From contig NC_068983.1 of NCBI RefSeq assembly GCF_001194135.2, positions 32,954 to 96,953 on the forward strand: 64,000 nt of DNA. Direction: 5' to 3'. This stretch comes from Octopus bimaculoides (Eukaryota). Shown piece by piece: positions 1-11,664 of this stretch. The translations under genes were made by a program, and so were the position numbers. Numbering within the stretch: the stretch's first letter is position 1; every line of letters begins with the position of its first letter. The notes beneath the pieces are model-generated. The model was not told the origin of the DNA. It was given only the letters and a program-made list of their open reading frames with translations, and did not search any database.

Positions 1-158
1 GTCAAAAGTGAAACAATAACATCACTCTACTGTAATGTCAGATACTTTCACTCTAACACTGAAACTATTCCACTATTTCAGTATTACCTGTCAAAAGTGA
101 AACAATAACATGTTGCTACTATAATTTCAAATATTTTCAATTTCATACTGAAACTATT
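1..158. repeat. Two-copy degenerate tandem repeat, ~89 bp period (may extend left of the window)
   Basis: GTCAAAAGTGAAACAATAACAT at 1 and 90; ACTGAAACTATT recurs 89 bp apart. Confidence 0.75.
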
Positions 159-169
159 AAAGTGAGACT

Positions 170-529
170 ATACTCTCACATATAGGCATACTATAAGACC
201 CAAGTTAAAAACATTCCCAACAATTCAACTTCTCTGGTTGACATTAGCACCCCCACCCCCAATAGGGGCCTTCATTCCCACATTTTAGAGCTCTTTTTTA
301 CTGGTTCCAGAAGACTGAAATTTTGGAATATGCACATAAAGATCAATAGTATGGGAGACATGTCTCATGATTAGAATTTTTTTAGGGCGTGTAAAGAGCG
401 AAAGAACCCTCATGTGCAATTTTGATGAAATTCGAATCATATGTATTCCAGTTCATTACAGAAAATATAACAGAAAAGTCTCATTTTTCAATTGCATGTA
501 ACACGGGCAACGCCGGGTATCTCTGCTAG
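170..529 (+). mobile_element. Non-autonomous Helitron-like element (3' end clear, 5' end approximate)
   Basis: Subterminal hairpin ACACGG-GCAACG-CCGGGT (501-518), then CTAG at 526-529 followed by T, the classic Helitron 3' terminus. Confidence 0.6.
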
Positions 530-859
530 TACCTAATAAAATCAACATGCATCAGCTTACTGTATCTTTTGTCTCTTCATTGATTGTATGTTTTTATTAT
601 TTTTTTTTCAATTTGTTATATTAATATATTTGTCTGCATGTGTTTACTTTATGTGTATTTCAGTATTATGTATACCTGTCATGTATTTGTGTACATCATT
701 AATATATATAAGTGCATGTGTGTGTCAGTGTGTGAAAAATGGGCGTCTGTCTCCCAAACTCCAAAGTTGAGTAACGTTTTCATGCTTGGATTTGTAAACT
801 ACGATAAGAGTAACTCTGGTCAAAAATATGTAATATACTAACACAGAAAAATTAAAACG

Positions 860-1180
860 AAACACGTGGGTGAAAAAAATCTTGTGGTGTGAAGAATCAA
901 CACAGAACAATGTGCGACATAGTCACGGGTGAAATGAAACACAACACTGCAAGCGGTTGTCATGGTAACAAGCTATTAATGCTTCACTGTCTGTTGATTG
1001 GCTAAAATTACCCAAATTTCCCAACTTTAATTCCAAATAACATTGCATTCTATAATTTATGAGATAAAGTAATTGGTTGATTGTAATGAAAATTCAGAAT
1101 TGATTCGATACACCAAAATTGAAAGCAATCAGAGCAAAATTAGTGAGGGAGCTCATTTTGTTAATGGAACTAACTAGATC
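860..1180 (+). repeat. Unclassified dispersed repeat, related copy near 44880-45110
   Basis: GATTGGCTAAAATTACCCAA with similar downstream sequence at 996 and 45027. Confidence 0.4.
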
Positions 1181-1244
1181 CTGTAGCATCAGGAAACAGT
1201 GAAACTTTTGGTTGTCATGCCAAGTCTCATTTTTATTTCTTTTG

Positions 1245-1550
1245 TTGGTGTCTCTCTCCAACCTATTCCAGAGCTTATTGCAGTATAGTGGACATATACC
1301 GTTTTCATCATCTTAGAATGCATTTGAATTTTGTTTTCGCTCCTTTGTATACTCTGATTCTGTCGTACTGTGTGTAACTGGAATGTTGCATTCGGAATAT
1401 GTAGTGCTGGCTGTTTTTGTCATTCTTGTGGTTGGCATGGTGGGGATATGTTCCACATTACTCTAAGTTTAGGTCTGCTATGAAGATGTTAATTTTGGCA
1501 GTACCTGACATTGCTGAGTCACTACGGATTATCAGAGGATTAGCCATAGG
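1245..1550 (-). mobile_element. Penelope-like RT C-terminal fragment, decayed
   Basis: Manual translation PMANPLIIRSDSAMSGTAKINIFIADL/LRVMWNISP...RMQHSSYTQYDRIRVYKGAKTKF parallels FMHSGYDQKYRTRVYRGARKK in the 20226 copy. Confidence 0.6.
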
Positions 1551-1759
1551 TTTATGATAGTGTGAGTGGAGTAAACAGGGTTTATTCTGTTAATTATTTA
1601 ATATATGCATGCTAAAACATGACCCACGTTGGACTCCTCATTCGTATAATCACGAACCTGGAGCTTAACTATGGTCTGTCCAAAGCTCTTACTCAGCGTT
1701 ACTTGACACCTTTGGGTCTTCTTGACACCATTACCTCTCATAACCTCGATTTCTCGCTA

Positions 1760-1845
1760 TATATATGTGTGTGTGTGTGTGTGTCTGTCTGTATCTCTCT
1801 CTCTCTCTCTCTCTCTCCCTCCCTCTCCCTCTCTCTCTCTCTCTG
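1760..1845. repeat. Compound (AT)n(GT)n(CT)n microsatellite
   Basis: Directly visible. Confidence 0.95.
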
Positions 1846-2084
1846 CAGCTGTCTGTGCTACTCCTGATTACTATCTAAATATAAACATTTCATCCAGACA
1901 TAAAATTCATATAGTTTCTCTTTCTGAAGAATTTCTGATAGGAAATTCTTTACATGTCTTTGTAACATTGTAAAACTTACTAGCAAATAAAAAAAATGTG
2001 CAAAGGTGAATAAATAATACCAAAAAATTCCCAATTTCCTGTTTTGTTTTATATGTATAGATGTCTCTGTCTGTCTCATCGTCA

Positions 2085-2280
2085 TCATTATCATGTAACA
2101 TTTATTTTCCATGCAGACATAGGTTGGATAGTTTGACAGGAGCTGGCCAATTGGAGGGCAGCCCAGGCCACAGTGTCTGCTTTGGCAGAACTTCTATGGC
2201 TAGATGCCCTCCCTAACACCAACCACATTACAGAGTGTGGACTGGGTGCTCTTTATGTGGCACTGACTCAGGTGGACCCT
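2085..2280 (-). mobile_element. RTE-type LINE 3' UTR/tail fragment
   Basis: (CAT)n tail and GATGCCCTCCCTAACACCAACCAC motif shared with copies at 6517, 11665, 34100 and 62700. Confidence 0.7.
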
Positions 2281-2344
2281 ACATGGCCCTGGCACAAGTG
2301 CTCTACACACACACACACTTAGTTTTCAAAAATATGCATCCAGT

Positions 2345-3530
2345 AATAGAAACATATAAAACATTAGATCGATCCCTCCTCCGTCTTCAGGGTGGAGAGA
2401 TAAAGATCTAACATTTCAAATCATAATGCAAGGAATTTTAAAGATAGAGTGTGTGATGAGAAAGGCAAGTGGTAGTGAGGGAGGGGAGAAAGGGGGTAGC
2501 TTAATGGGTGTGTGGCAAAGTATTAAAGTAAGGGAGAGCAAGGAGAGGGTTAGATCAGGAAGATGGAGGCGAGGGTGAAGGGTCGGGGTATTGAGAGAAG
2601 TAAAAGTCGAGTGTTTGGAGATAAGAGGGCTGGGCAGGATAAGTAGTATTTTGAAGGGTGGCCATTGTTATTGGGTTTAACAAAAGATGCTAATAATTAG
2701 GGATGGTGGGCCTATAGAACTAAGGGAATTTGGAATAGTGAAAGTAGGGTGGGAAAGGGTCCAGCTATTGATGACAGTGGAGTGGCAGATAGGAAATTGA
2801 AAGACTAAAGATGGGTTGGCTGAGTAGTGAGGTATGCAGAAATATATGAGAGTAAATACAGGGAAGTGGACAGTGAGGGAAGACTAGGGTGGTAGGAAGG
2901 GCAGGAGATGATGGTGCTAAGTTATTCTGGTTGAAGAAGAAACTAGAAGATAGGGAGAGAGTTCAGAGTAGGAGGATAGGGTGGCTGTAGATTTGTGTGT
3001 GCTTAGTAGTGGTGCTTGAAATCAACAGTGTCACCAATATAGACCTTTGCTTGATGGGAGTATGGTGTTACTATCAAGCATTTGTAGACTATGTTTTTCT
3101 GAGACAGAAATCTCCAAGAGAGCAGAGCTGAGACAACTAGAAGTTGCAGGTTTTCCTGCCTGTTCTGGGGTTGGAATTGATCCCTAGGAAGATCTGGTTT
3201 GTATGGTTTGTTAACAACAAAGATGAACAGCTATCATCAGTGTTTGATTGGGTGGAGGTATTACCACTGGTCTATGTGGTCATGTCAGTAGTATTGAGTT
3301 GGGTTGGGTGGAGTTTCTAACGGTTATATTATTGCTACAAGGTGACTTGAGCTGGGATTCAGTGGAATAGGTTGTAGGGTCTAAGGACATGTGAAGTTTG
3401 CATCTATTAGAGGAAGCAATTATGGATCCTAAGTAAGGCATGATAGAGTAGGAGGTTTTAATTGATGATTTAATCAATGCTTTATGAGATAGGGTGATAT
3501 GTTGTGGTGGCAAATTGGAATTTAGAATTT
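2345..3530 (-). mobile_element. Penelope-like element 3' part (RT end, GIY-YIG endonuclease, 3' region), decayed
   Basis: Minus-strand translation gives SSIKTSYSIMPYLGSIIASSN and CSLGDFCLSENIVYKCLIV...KVYIGDTVDFKHHY (GIY-YIG motifs IVY/YIG). Confidence 0.7.
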
Positions 3531-4188
3531 TAAAGAAAAGTGTTTAGGTTGAGATTTAATTTGGAGGGGGGGAGAAAGCTAGCACAAACCATAGGATCTT
3601 GCCTTCTATTACTGGTTACATATTTTTGCAAACTCCATTTCGCAACAGTAACTCTGTCAGGCCTGCAACACCGTACTGTCTCCCCTTTCGTTTTCTGTGT
3701 CTATGTACTTTGTGTAAGTTTACTCTGTTAATATATAAATATCTATATATTTGAACTTGAATAATCATCTAAAACTTTTCAGTCATTGCTTTCCCTTTCT
3801 TTTCATACCTATTTATCTATCTATCGATTGATCTGTTTCAATCAATTAATCAGCCAATACAGAAGACTGGAAAAATTTCATATATTTTTATTTCCATGTT
3901 ACTCATATTTCATTACAAGATAGGAGTTACAATGGTGTAGAAAAATGTATTTGTCTCTTCCTATCCATAATTCTTCAGACAAATATTCAAAAATAATACA
4001 AATTTACACTGGATGATGCTCCAGTTTATAGTATTAAGCATCAATAAGGAGTATATTGAGAGATAGAGGGAAAATGTTTGAGAAGATGAAAACTAAGAGA
4101 ACGAGTGAGAGAAACGTATGCGCGCACACACACACACATACTGCTCCAGTGCATCTGTCAAATTGAAGCAACTATTTATGTACACCTT

Positions 4189-4222
<34 letters not shown>

Positions 4223-5155
4223 NNNNNNNNNNNNNNNNNNNNNNNNNNNNNNNNNNNNNNNNNNNNNNNNNNNNNNNNNNNNNNNNNNNNNNNNNNNNNN
4301 NNNNNNNNNNNNNNNNNNNNNNNNNNNNNNNNNNNNNNNNNNNNNNNNNNNNNNNNNNNNNNNNNNNNNNNNNNNNNNNNNNNNNNNNNNNNNNNNNNNN
4401 NNNNNNNNNNNNNNNNNNNNNNNNNNNNNNNNNNNNNNNNNNNNNNNNNNNNNNNNNNNNNNNNNNNNNNNNNNNNNNNNNNNNNNNNNNNNNNNNNNNN
4501 NNNNNNNNNNNNNNNNNNNNNNNNNNNNNNNNNNNNNNNNNNNNNNNNNNNNNNNNNNNNNNNNNNNNNNNNNNNNNNNNNNNNNNNNNNNNNNNNNNNN
4601 NNNNNNNNNNNNNNNNNNNNNNNNNNNNNNNNNNNNNNNNNNNNNNNNNNNNNNNNNNNNNNNNNNNNNNNNNNNNNNNNNNNNNNNNNNNNNNNNNNNN
4701 NNNNNNNNNNNNNNNNNNNNNNNNNNNNNNNNNNNNNNNNNNNNNNNNNNNNNNNNNNNNNNNNNNNNNNNNNNNNNNNNNNNNNNNNNNNNNNNNNNNN
4801 NNNNNNNNNNNNNNNNNNNNNNNNNNNNNNNNNNNNNNNNNNNNNNNNNNNNNNNNNNNNNNNNNNNNNNNNNNNNNNNNNNNNNNNNNNNNNNNNNNNN
4901 NNNNNNNNNNNNNNNNNNNNNNNNNNNNNNNNNNNNNNNNNNNNNNNNNNNNNNNNNNNNNNNNNNNNNNNNNNNNNNNNNNNNNNNNNNNNNNNNNNNN
5001 NNNNNNNNNNNNNNNNNNNNNNNNNNNNNNNNNNNNNNNNNNNNNNNNNNNNNNNNNNNNNNNNNNNNNNNNNNNNNNNNNNNNNNNNNNNNNNNNNNNN
5101 NNNNNNNNNNNNNNNNNNNNNNNNNNNNNNNNNNNNNNNNNNNNNNNNNNNNNNN

Positions 5156-5657
5156 CTTTGAATTGTTACCACCTAATACAACAATCAATGCTCAAGTCTA
5201 CTGTCAGCAATTAGAGCGTTTGAACCAAGCTTTGATGAAAGAAAGACCCGCTTTAGTGAATCGAAAAGGAGTGATGTTTCATCAGGACAATGTGCGACCC
5301 CACACTGCAAAGATCACATCACAGAAGATCGAAGAGCTTGGTTGGGAAAAAATTCCTCATTCACCTTATTCTCCCGACCTTGCTCCTTCAGTCTACCATT
5401 TGTTTCGTAGTTTACAGAATCATTTGGGGGACATAACTTTCGCAAGCCAGAAGGCGGTCGATACTGACATTTCAGAGTTCTTCGTTTTGAAACCAAAAGA
5501 GTTTTACATTGATGAGATTAAAAAGCTTGCAAATAGATGGAAGGAAATCATAGATAATCAGAGAAAGTACATTGATGATTAAATTTCAATTAAATATAAC
5601 ATTTGATCACTTGTTTTCTTTATTCAAAATTCACACAGAACTTATGGGATGACCTGA
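5156..5657 (+). mobile_element. Mariner transposon, 3' half (5' part in N gap)
   Basis: ORF 5163-5582 has MFHQDNVRPH and HSPYSPDLAPSVYHLF (third catalytic Asp replaced by Val). Right TIR ...CTTATGGGATGACCTGA is followed by TA. Confidence 0.93.
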
Positions 5658-5677
5658 TACACATATAAATGTATATA

Positions 5678-6513
5678 CAAGGGAGTACCCAAAAGTAACC
5701 AAGAACATTCTCAGTGGGACAAGCCCGTTGTAGTTCAGGCTTCCACTGCTATAAGTCACTTGATGCCACCCTCAGTTATCCGTCTACCAACTGGTGGATT
5801 CGGTTTAAATCTTACTACTACATGGTGTGTCTTTGTTTTGCAGTTCTTCTCTCCTGTTTATTGATTTTTGCAATGGCTCAAACGAAGGAACAGCGTGCTT
5901 CCATGAAATTCTGTTTTCTGCTGAGGAAAATGGCAGCCGAAACAGTTGTCATGCTTCAAACAGCTTACAAGGATACTGCCATGAGCAAAACATAAGTTTA
6001 TGAGTGGTTTCCATGTTATAGGAATGCTCACTTGTCACTTTAAGACCAACCTTGTTCAGGATAACTGTCAACTACCCAAACAAATGAAAACATCATGAAA
6101 GTTCTTGAACTGATCTTAGAGGACCGTCACTGCACAATTGATGAACTTGTTGATATAACTGGTTTGTTCTGGAGCTCTTGCCAATATATTTTGAGTGAAG
6201 AATTGTGAATGAAAAGATTTGCAGCAAAATTTGTGCCTTGCTCATAGAAGATCAAAAGCAGTCACAACTGAAAGAACAGTTGGAAATTTATCTAGACCTG
6301 TTTTTGAAGGTCATCATTGGTGATGGAAGCTGGTGCTAAGGAATTTGCAGATGTGGAAGAGGTGAAGAAAAAAATGACGGTGGCGTTAAAAGGCACCGCT
6401 TCACAAGAGTTCCAGGACTGCTTCCAATGGAGAATACTTTGAAGGCAATAAAAGTGTAAATATGTAAAACTAAGGGAATAAAATAATATTGCAAAATTCC
6501 AGTTTCTCACTTG
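5678..6513 (+). mobile_element. Second mariner family, internally deleted and frameshifted
   Basis: MAQTKEQRASMKFCFLLRKMAAETVVMLQTAY...VYEWF...AAKFVP...KVIIGDGSWC, then a jump to the C-terminal GEYFEG. Ends TA|CAAG...CTTG|TA. Confidence 0.85.
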
Positions 6514-6516
6514 TAT

Positions 6517-7385
6517 ATCGTCATTTAATGTCCAGTTTCCATGCTGATATGGGTCAGACGGTTTGACTGGAACTGGTAAGCTGGAGAGCTGCATCAGGTT
6601 CCAGTCTGATTTCACATAGTTTCTACGGTTGGACGCCCTTCTTAATGCCAATCACTCCAAGAGTGTGATGGTTGCTTTTTACGTGACATCAGCAATGGCC
6701 ATGACTATGATTTCACTTGGCTTCGCGAGTCTTCTTAGTACGGCATATTGAAAGTGGTCTCGGTCTCTTGTCATGACCTCTGACACACCCACCATTCAAA
6801 GATCATGCTACCGGCAACAATCACTGCACTTGACTTGTTGAGTCCTCTCAAGCACATATTGCCAAGGATCTCGGTCACTTGTCATTGCCTCATGCTTCAC
6901 TACCTCATCCCCTTGTTTTCCTAGGTCTACCTCTTCTGCTGGTTCCTCCACAGTTAGATATCAGCATTTATGCAGCTGTCCTCATCCATATGCATCACAT
7001 GACCATACCAATGCAGTTGTCTCCCTTGCACACCACATCTGATGCCTCTTATGCCCCACTTTTCTCTCAAAACACTTATTTTCTGCCAAATATGCACACT
7101 GACATTGTACATCCAACAAAGTATACTAGCTTCATTTCTTACAAGTCTTTGCAGTCACAGCCCATGTTTCACTGCCAAGAAGCATTGCTGTTTGCACAAA
7201 GGCATCATTCAGTTTGTCTTTCATTCTGAGGCAGAGACCCTTTGTTACCAAAAGAGATAGAAGCTCCCTGAACTTTACCCAGCCTATTCTTATTCTAGCA
7301 GCTTTGCTCTCTGTGCCTCCCCCTCCACTGCTGACATGCTCACCTTGGATAACAGAAGCTATCAACTACTTCTAGGTATCCCCAC
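6517..7385 (-). mobile_element. RTE-clade LINE, 5'-truncated (ORF2 C-terminus plus 3' UTR)
   Basis: ARIRIGWVKFRELLSLLVTKG...QTAMLLGSETWAV; 3' end GGACATTAAATGACGA. Confidence 0.85.
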
Positions 7386-7984
7386 TCTATTTTCTGTACG
7401 TTTCTAGTCTTTACTGTACCTGTGCATCTGCCACACACAAAGACTATTTTCCCTGTTAACTTTCCTCTGATATTGTTGCACCTCTCATAGCTTGCACTGG
7501 GTACATTTTATGAAGCTTCTACCTATGCCTTTTCTACATATATGTGTGTGTGTGTGTGATAGTTGTGGTAGAATAAGTTCACTGCCTCTTGCAATATTTT
7601 ATGCTTTAGCATATGACCGTAGCCCAGTAGATATGCTATAAGTGAACATCTGTAATTAAACATTAGACTATTGAATATTCACAGTAAACATGCTGAAGAC
7701 TATAAATAGTATTTTTACAGCTTTCCAGATTTAGGGATTGAAGACTTGTTTAACTGTTATAAGTAATTAGTAATTGAACAAATTATATCTTTATATGTTG
7801 GCTTGTCTTTACTATTAATTAATCTTAATTTATTATATTTACTTTATATGGGCTTAATTATTTTTTTTTCTTTTTATATTTCAGTCTCTACCAATTTGTT
7901 ATGGTGTTACACATCATTATATTTTCCTTGATTCTGTAATTATCAATACTAATTATTACATTGGATTATTGTGCTCCAACCTCA

Positions 7985-9100
7985 ATGGAGAAACTGTTCT
8001 CATGTGAAATATGTGAAAAGGAATTCTCCGAAATTTTGAAGCAACATACTCTTGGTCATGGCCGTGAAAGTGTGCTGAAAGCGGAAGATGAGAACCCTCC
8101 GGATACAAACGATGTTAATTCTATTGTCAATAACACCAAAATAAACACTGTAAACGAATGTCTCCAACCTGACATGCAAGAACATGATAAAAGTGAATTG
8201 GTTGATGCCGACAATCCTATAGCCATTGTGACAGTGACGGAGAGAGACGGAGCAGATCAGCTTGAAAATTATGATCAGCAACAACAGTTGGAAACCTTCA
8301 AAAATAGTAATGTTTTTGACACCAATGAATCTAACACTACTTGTATTGGCAACCCAACTTACGAGCATTCACTACAGCTTGAAGAAGCTGATATCAGAAC
8401 CGGTGAGGATTTGGACAACAGTGATAAACTTGAGTTATCAAATCCATCAGATTTAGAGCAAGAAGAAGAATGTTGTGGTACAATTGCATACAATTGTGAA
8501 ACAGATAATGAAATAGTAAGTGAAGGCAATGTCTGCCAGGAAACTCTTAATTTAGCCACACATCTTATTCAATTATCCAGTAGTAACCCAGTGACACAAA
8601 CAAACAGTGGTTATACTGTAAGTAAGCCATACATGTGCAGTTTATGCCATAAGTGTTTCAGTCGCAACTACCATCTAAAAATGCATTCCCTTACTCACTC
8701 GGGGCTAAAACCATTTTCTTGTTTCACCTGTTCAAAATCTTTTTCTCGCAGTTCTGACTTAAAACGCCATTTAGCAACTCACACAGGGGTCAAACCCTTT
8801 GGCTGTACACTCTGTCAAAAATATTTTTCTCGTTCTTCTGATTTACGTCGTCATACTGCAACCCACAGTGGTGAACGGCCACATTCATGTCAAGTATGTC
8901 AGAAAGCCTTTACCCGCAGCTCAGATCTTCACAGACACAGTCAAACACACACAGGAATCAAACCTCATGCCTGCCAAATATGTGGTAAAGCTTTCTCTAC
9001 AGCCACTCACCTCAAAAGACACACTACAACACACACTACAGAACAGAAAGCTTTCAATGTGACCATTGTTAGCAATCTGACATCAAAGTGCATCACTTAA
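7985..9100 (+). CDS. C2H2 zinc-finger protein, 371 aa: degenerate N-terminal finger, acidic linker, five tandem C-terminal C2H2 fingers
   Basis: Unbroken ORF. First ATG at 7985 (the track start at 7961 is TTG). In-frame TAA at 7937. Polypyrimidine tract plus AG acceptor at 7883-7884, so a 5' UTR exon probably lies upstream. Fingers are C-x2-C-x12-H-x3-H with SGLKP/TGVKP/SGERP/TGIKP linkers. Confidence 0.92.
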   Translation: MEKLFSCEICEKEFSEILKQHTLGHGRESVLKAEDENPPDTNDVNSIVNNTKINTVNECLQPDMQEHDKSELVDADNPIAIVTVTERDGADQLENYDQQQQLETFKNSNVFDTNESNTTCIGNPTYEHSLQLEEADIRTGEDLDNSDKLELSNPSDLEQEEECCGTIAYNCETDNEIVSEGNVCQETLNLATHLIQLSSSNPVTQTNSGYTVSKPYMCSLCHKCFSRNYHLKMHSLTHSGLKPFSCFTCSKSFSRSSDLKRHLATHTGVKPFGCTLCQKYFSRSSDLRRHTATHSGERPHSCQVCQKAFTRSSDLHRHSQTHTGIKPHACQICGKAFSTATHLKRHTTTHTTEQKAFNVTIVSNLTSKCIT

Positions 9101-10050
9101 ATTCTTCTCTACTCTTTTATACAAATTGCAGCCCTGCAAGCAACACTGATACAAACCATATCTCAGTGCCTCATGTTCAAAAGAAACAGCAAGTTTTGTT
9201 GAAGTAAATTATTTATTTATTAGGAACTTATAATTACAACCACTTTCCTTTCTTTTTTTTTTTAACCAGTTATTTTTTTTTAATATTTTCTTGTTTTTGT
9301 TTCTGTGATGCTACAATCTCTAATGTGTAACTTTTCTCTGTATTATTTCTGTCAATTGTTATTTGTCCGGCCATAATTATTGAGATGTGATAAGTCTACT
9401 GATAGGAGGAACCGAGTTATAGTTGGAGATTCAGAGAAATTATTATGAAGAAATCAATCAATTAATCAATCTAAAGATCAATCAACTTCTGTAATCACCT
9501 CAAAAGGAAACAATTTGCGAGAGATTTGCATTCAAAAACATATTCTATGATGATTGGCAGGAATTGGCAAATTGGACTCAGTTAATAGAGACAGGTTGTT
9601 TTTTTTTCTGATTATTTTGATGATGATGATGCTGATGATGATGAAGGCTGGATGCAAATAATGTAAGAAGAAAGATTATCTGAGACCCAACACAGTATCT
9701 ATGGATTTATCATTGTTTATTCATGCCATGGTGATCTATTTCCCCTTTCATACCGTTTAAATACCAGCAATATAACCAGGTTGATCTAGCTTACTTCAAT
9801 ACGGTCTCTAGTCACAATGAATTGTTATTAATACAGAGTGAGTACCACAATGTGAGAGTAGCTACTCAATGAATTTCATAGTATATTGACAGCTACTCTT
9901 TAAGCTGATCCTCATCTACAATTTAATAATATATCTTCCCCCTCCCTCTATTTTATAATATATTTGTATATTTCTATACTCCTCCCTCTGTTTTATAATA
10001 TATAACCTTTATATCCCTCTACTCTATCTTATACATTTCTATGTCCCCAC

Positions 10051-10105
<55 letters not shown>

Positions 10106-10426
10106 CCCCCTCTTTTCTACAACATATAACCATATATCCTCTCTCCTCTATAATATACATCTCTATGTCCCTACTGTTCTACAATATAGAAATCTTTGTT
10201 GTTACCATGTCGACCTTTCAGCCATTCTCCCCTCCAACTTCTTCAGGTGTCTCATATTTGGTAATATCACTGCTTGGAACCAAACACTTTGTGAAACCCT
10301 CATCATTCCATTGTTCTCATCATCAAGGCATTACAGATATTCTTGTTGTTAGTTATTCTACAACTTGGGTTGGCACAAGTTATGCTGCAACCAGAGTACA
10401 TGTAGATAGACACACACACACAAGTA

Positions 10427-10592
10427 GGCATAGACATGACTGTGTGGTAAGAAGTTTACTTCCCAACCACATGGTTCTGGATCCAGTCTCACTGTGTGGC
10501 ACCTTGGGCAAGTGTCTTCAACTATAGCCTCAGGCCAACCAAAGCCTTGTGAGTGAATTTGTTAGACGGAAACTGAAAGAAGCCCATTGTAA
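10427..10592 (+). mobile_element. tRNA-derived SINE, 5' half (head plus CCTTGGGCAAG core)
   Basis: A-box-like TGTGTGGTAAGAAG and core GGCACCTTGGGCAAGTGTCTTC; same family as 42447-42830. Confidence 0.85.
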
Positions 10593-10952
10593 ATATATAT
10601 ATATATATATATATANNNNNNNNNNNNNNNNNNNNNNNNNNNNNNNNNNNNNNNNNNNNNNNNNNNNNNNNNNNNNNNNNNNNNNNNNNNNNNNNNNNNN
10701 NNNNNNNNNNNNNNNNNNNNNNNNNNNNNNNNNNNNNNNNNNNNNNNNNNNNNNNNNNNNNNNNNNNNNNNNNNNNNNNNNNNNNNNNNNNNNNNNNNNN
10801 NNNNNNNNNNNNNNNNNNNNNNNNNNNNNNNNNNNNNNNNNNNNNNNNNNNNNNNNNNNNNNNNNNNNNNNNNNNNNNNNNNNNNNNNNNNNNNNNNNNN
10901 NNNNNNNNNNNNNNNNNNNNNNNNNNNNNNNNNNNNNNNNNNNNNNNNNNNN

Positions 10953-10984
<32 letters not shown>

Positions 10985-11204
10985 GTAGATAGATAGATAT
11001 TGTATTTCATTGAAACTGAGAAGACTCCCCTAACTGTTATTCAGAGACTCATGACTCATCAGACAGTCACGAAGATCAATTTCATCAACCTGAGTTACAT
11101 CTTGTGAAGTCTTTTCTTTTCAACTTCCATAAAATATTATTTTAATCTTCCTTCGCTTTTCAACTGCTGTTTTTCCACCTTGTTTTCCACCTGTTGTCCA
11201 CTGT

Positions 11205-11450
11205 ATGTGTGTGTTTTTGTCTTCATGTCTTTACATTGATGAAAATTAGTGTCGCTGTCGTACAAGTTGCGTCATTTGTTTCCAATCTTCTATCAAAACA
11301 TGTCTGGCCATAAGGAAATATCACCTTATTTGGAAATGAGTGTGAGTTAGCAACAAGAAGGGCATCTGGCTGTAAAAAATCTGCCTCAACAAATTCTGTC
11401 TGACCATGCAAAGCATGGAAAAGTGGACATTAAAACAATGAAATGATCAG
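11205..11450 (+). mobile_element. SINE 3' half ending in an RTE-like tail
   Basis: AAGGGCATCTGGCTGTAAAA...GACCATGCAAAGCATGGAAAAGTGGACATTAAAAC matches the RTE tail at ~34110-34230. Confidence 0.65.
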
Positions 11451-11664
11451 CAATGCCTGATTTTTCTGCCACCTCACAGATTTGAGCTTTACAAAGTTCC
11501 TTTGGCCTTTTGAGGTCAAGGCTGGATCCAAACTGCATCAAATACGCACAGTTGTTTGTCATTATCTCTTCTGATAGACACTTTGTCCAGGAGAAATGTC
11601 TCCAAAAGATAGACCTACTCTCCAGTACTGTCCTAATATTTATTGTATGGACCACAGATCATAA

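Noticed and set aside
4093-5188. Long ORFs made of X residues, here and at all other N gaps
   Set aside because: Artefacts of assembly gaps.
7961-7984. ORF-track start of the zinc-finger gene
   Set aside because: The codon is TTG; the first ATG is at 7985.
8000-8559. Antisense ORFs overlapping the ZNF CDS
   Set aside because: Shadow frames with no recognisable motifs.
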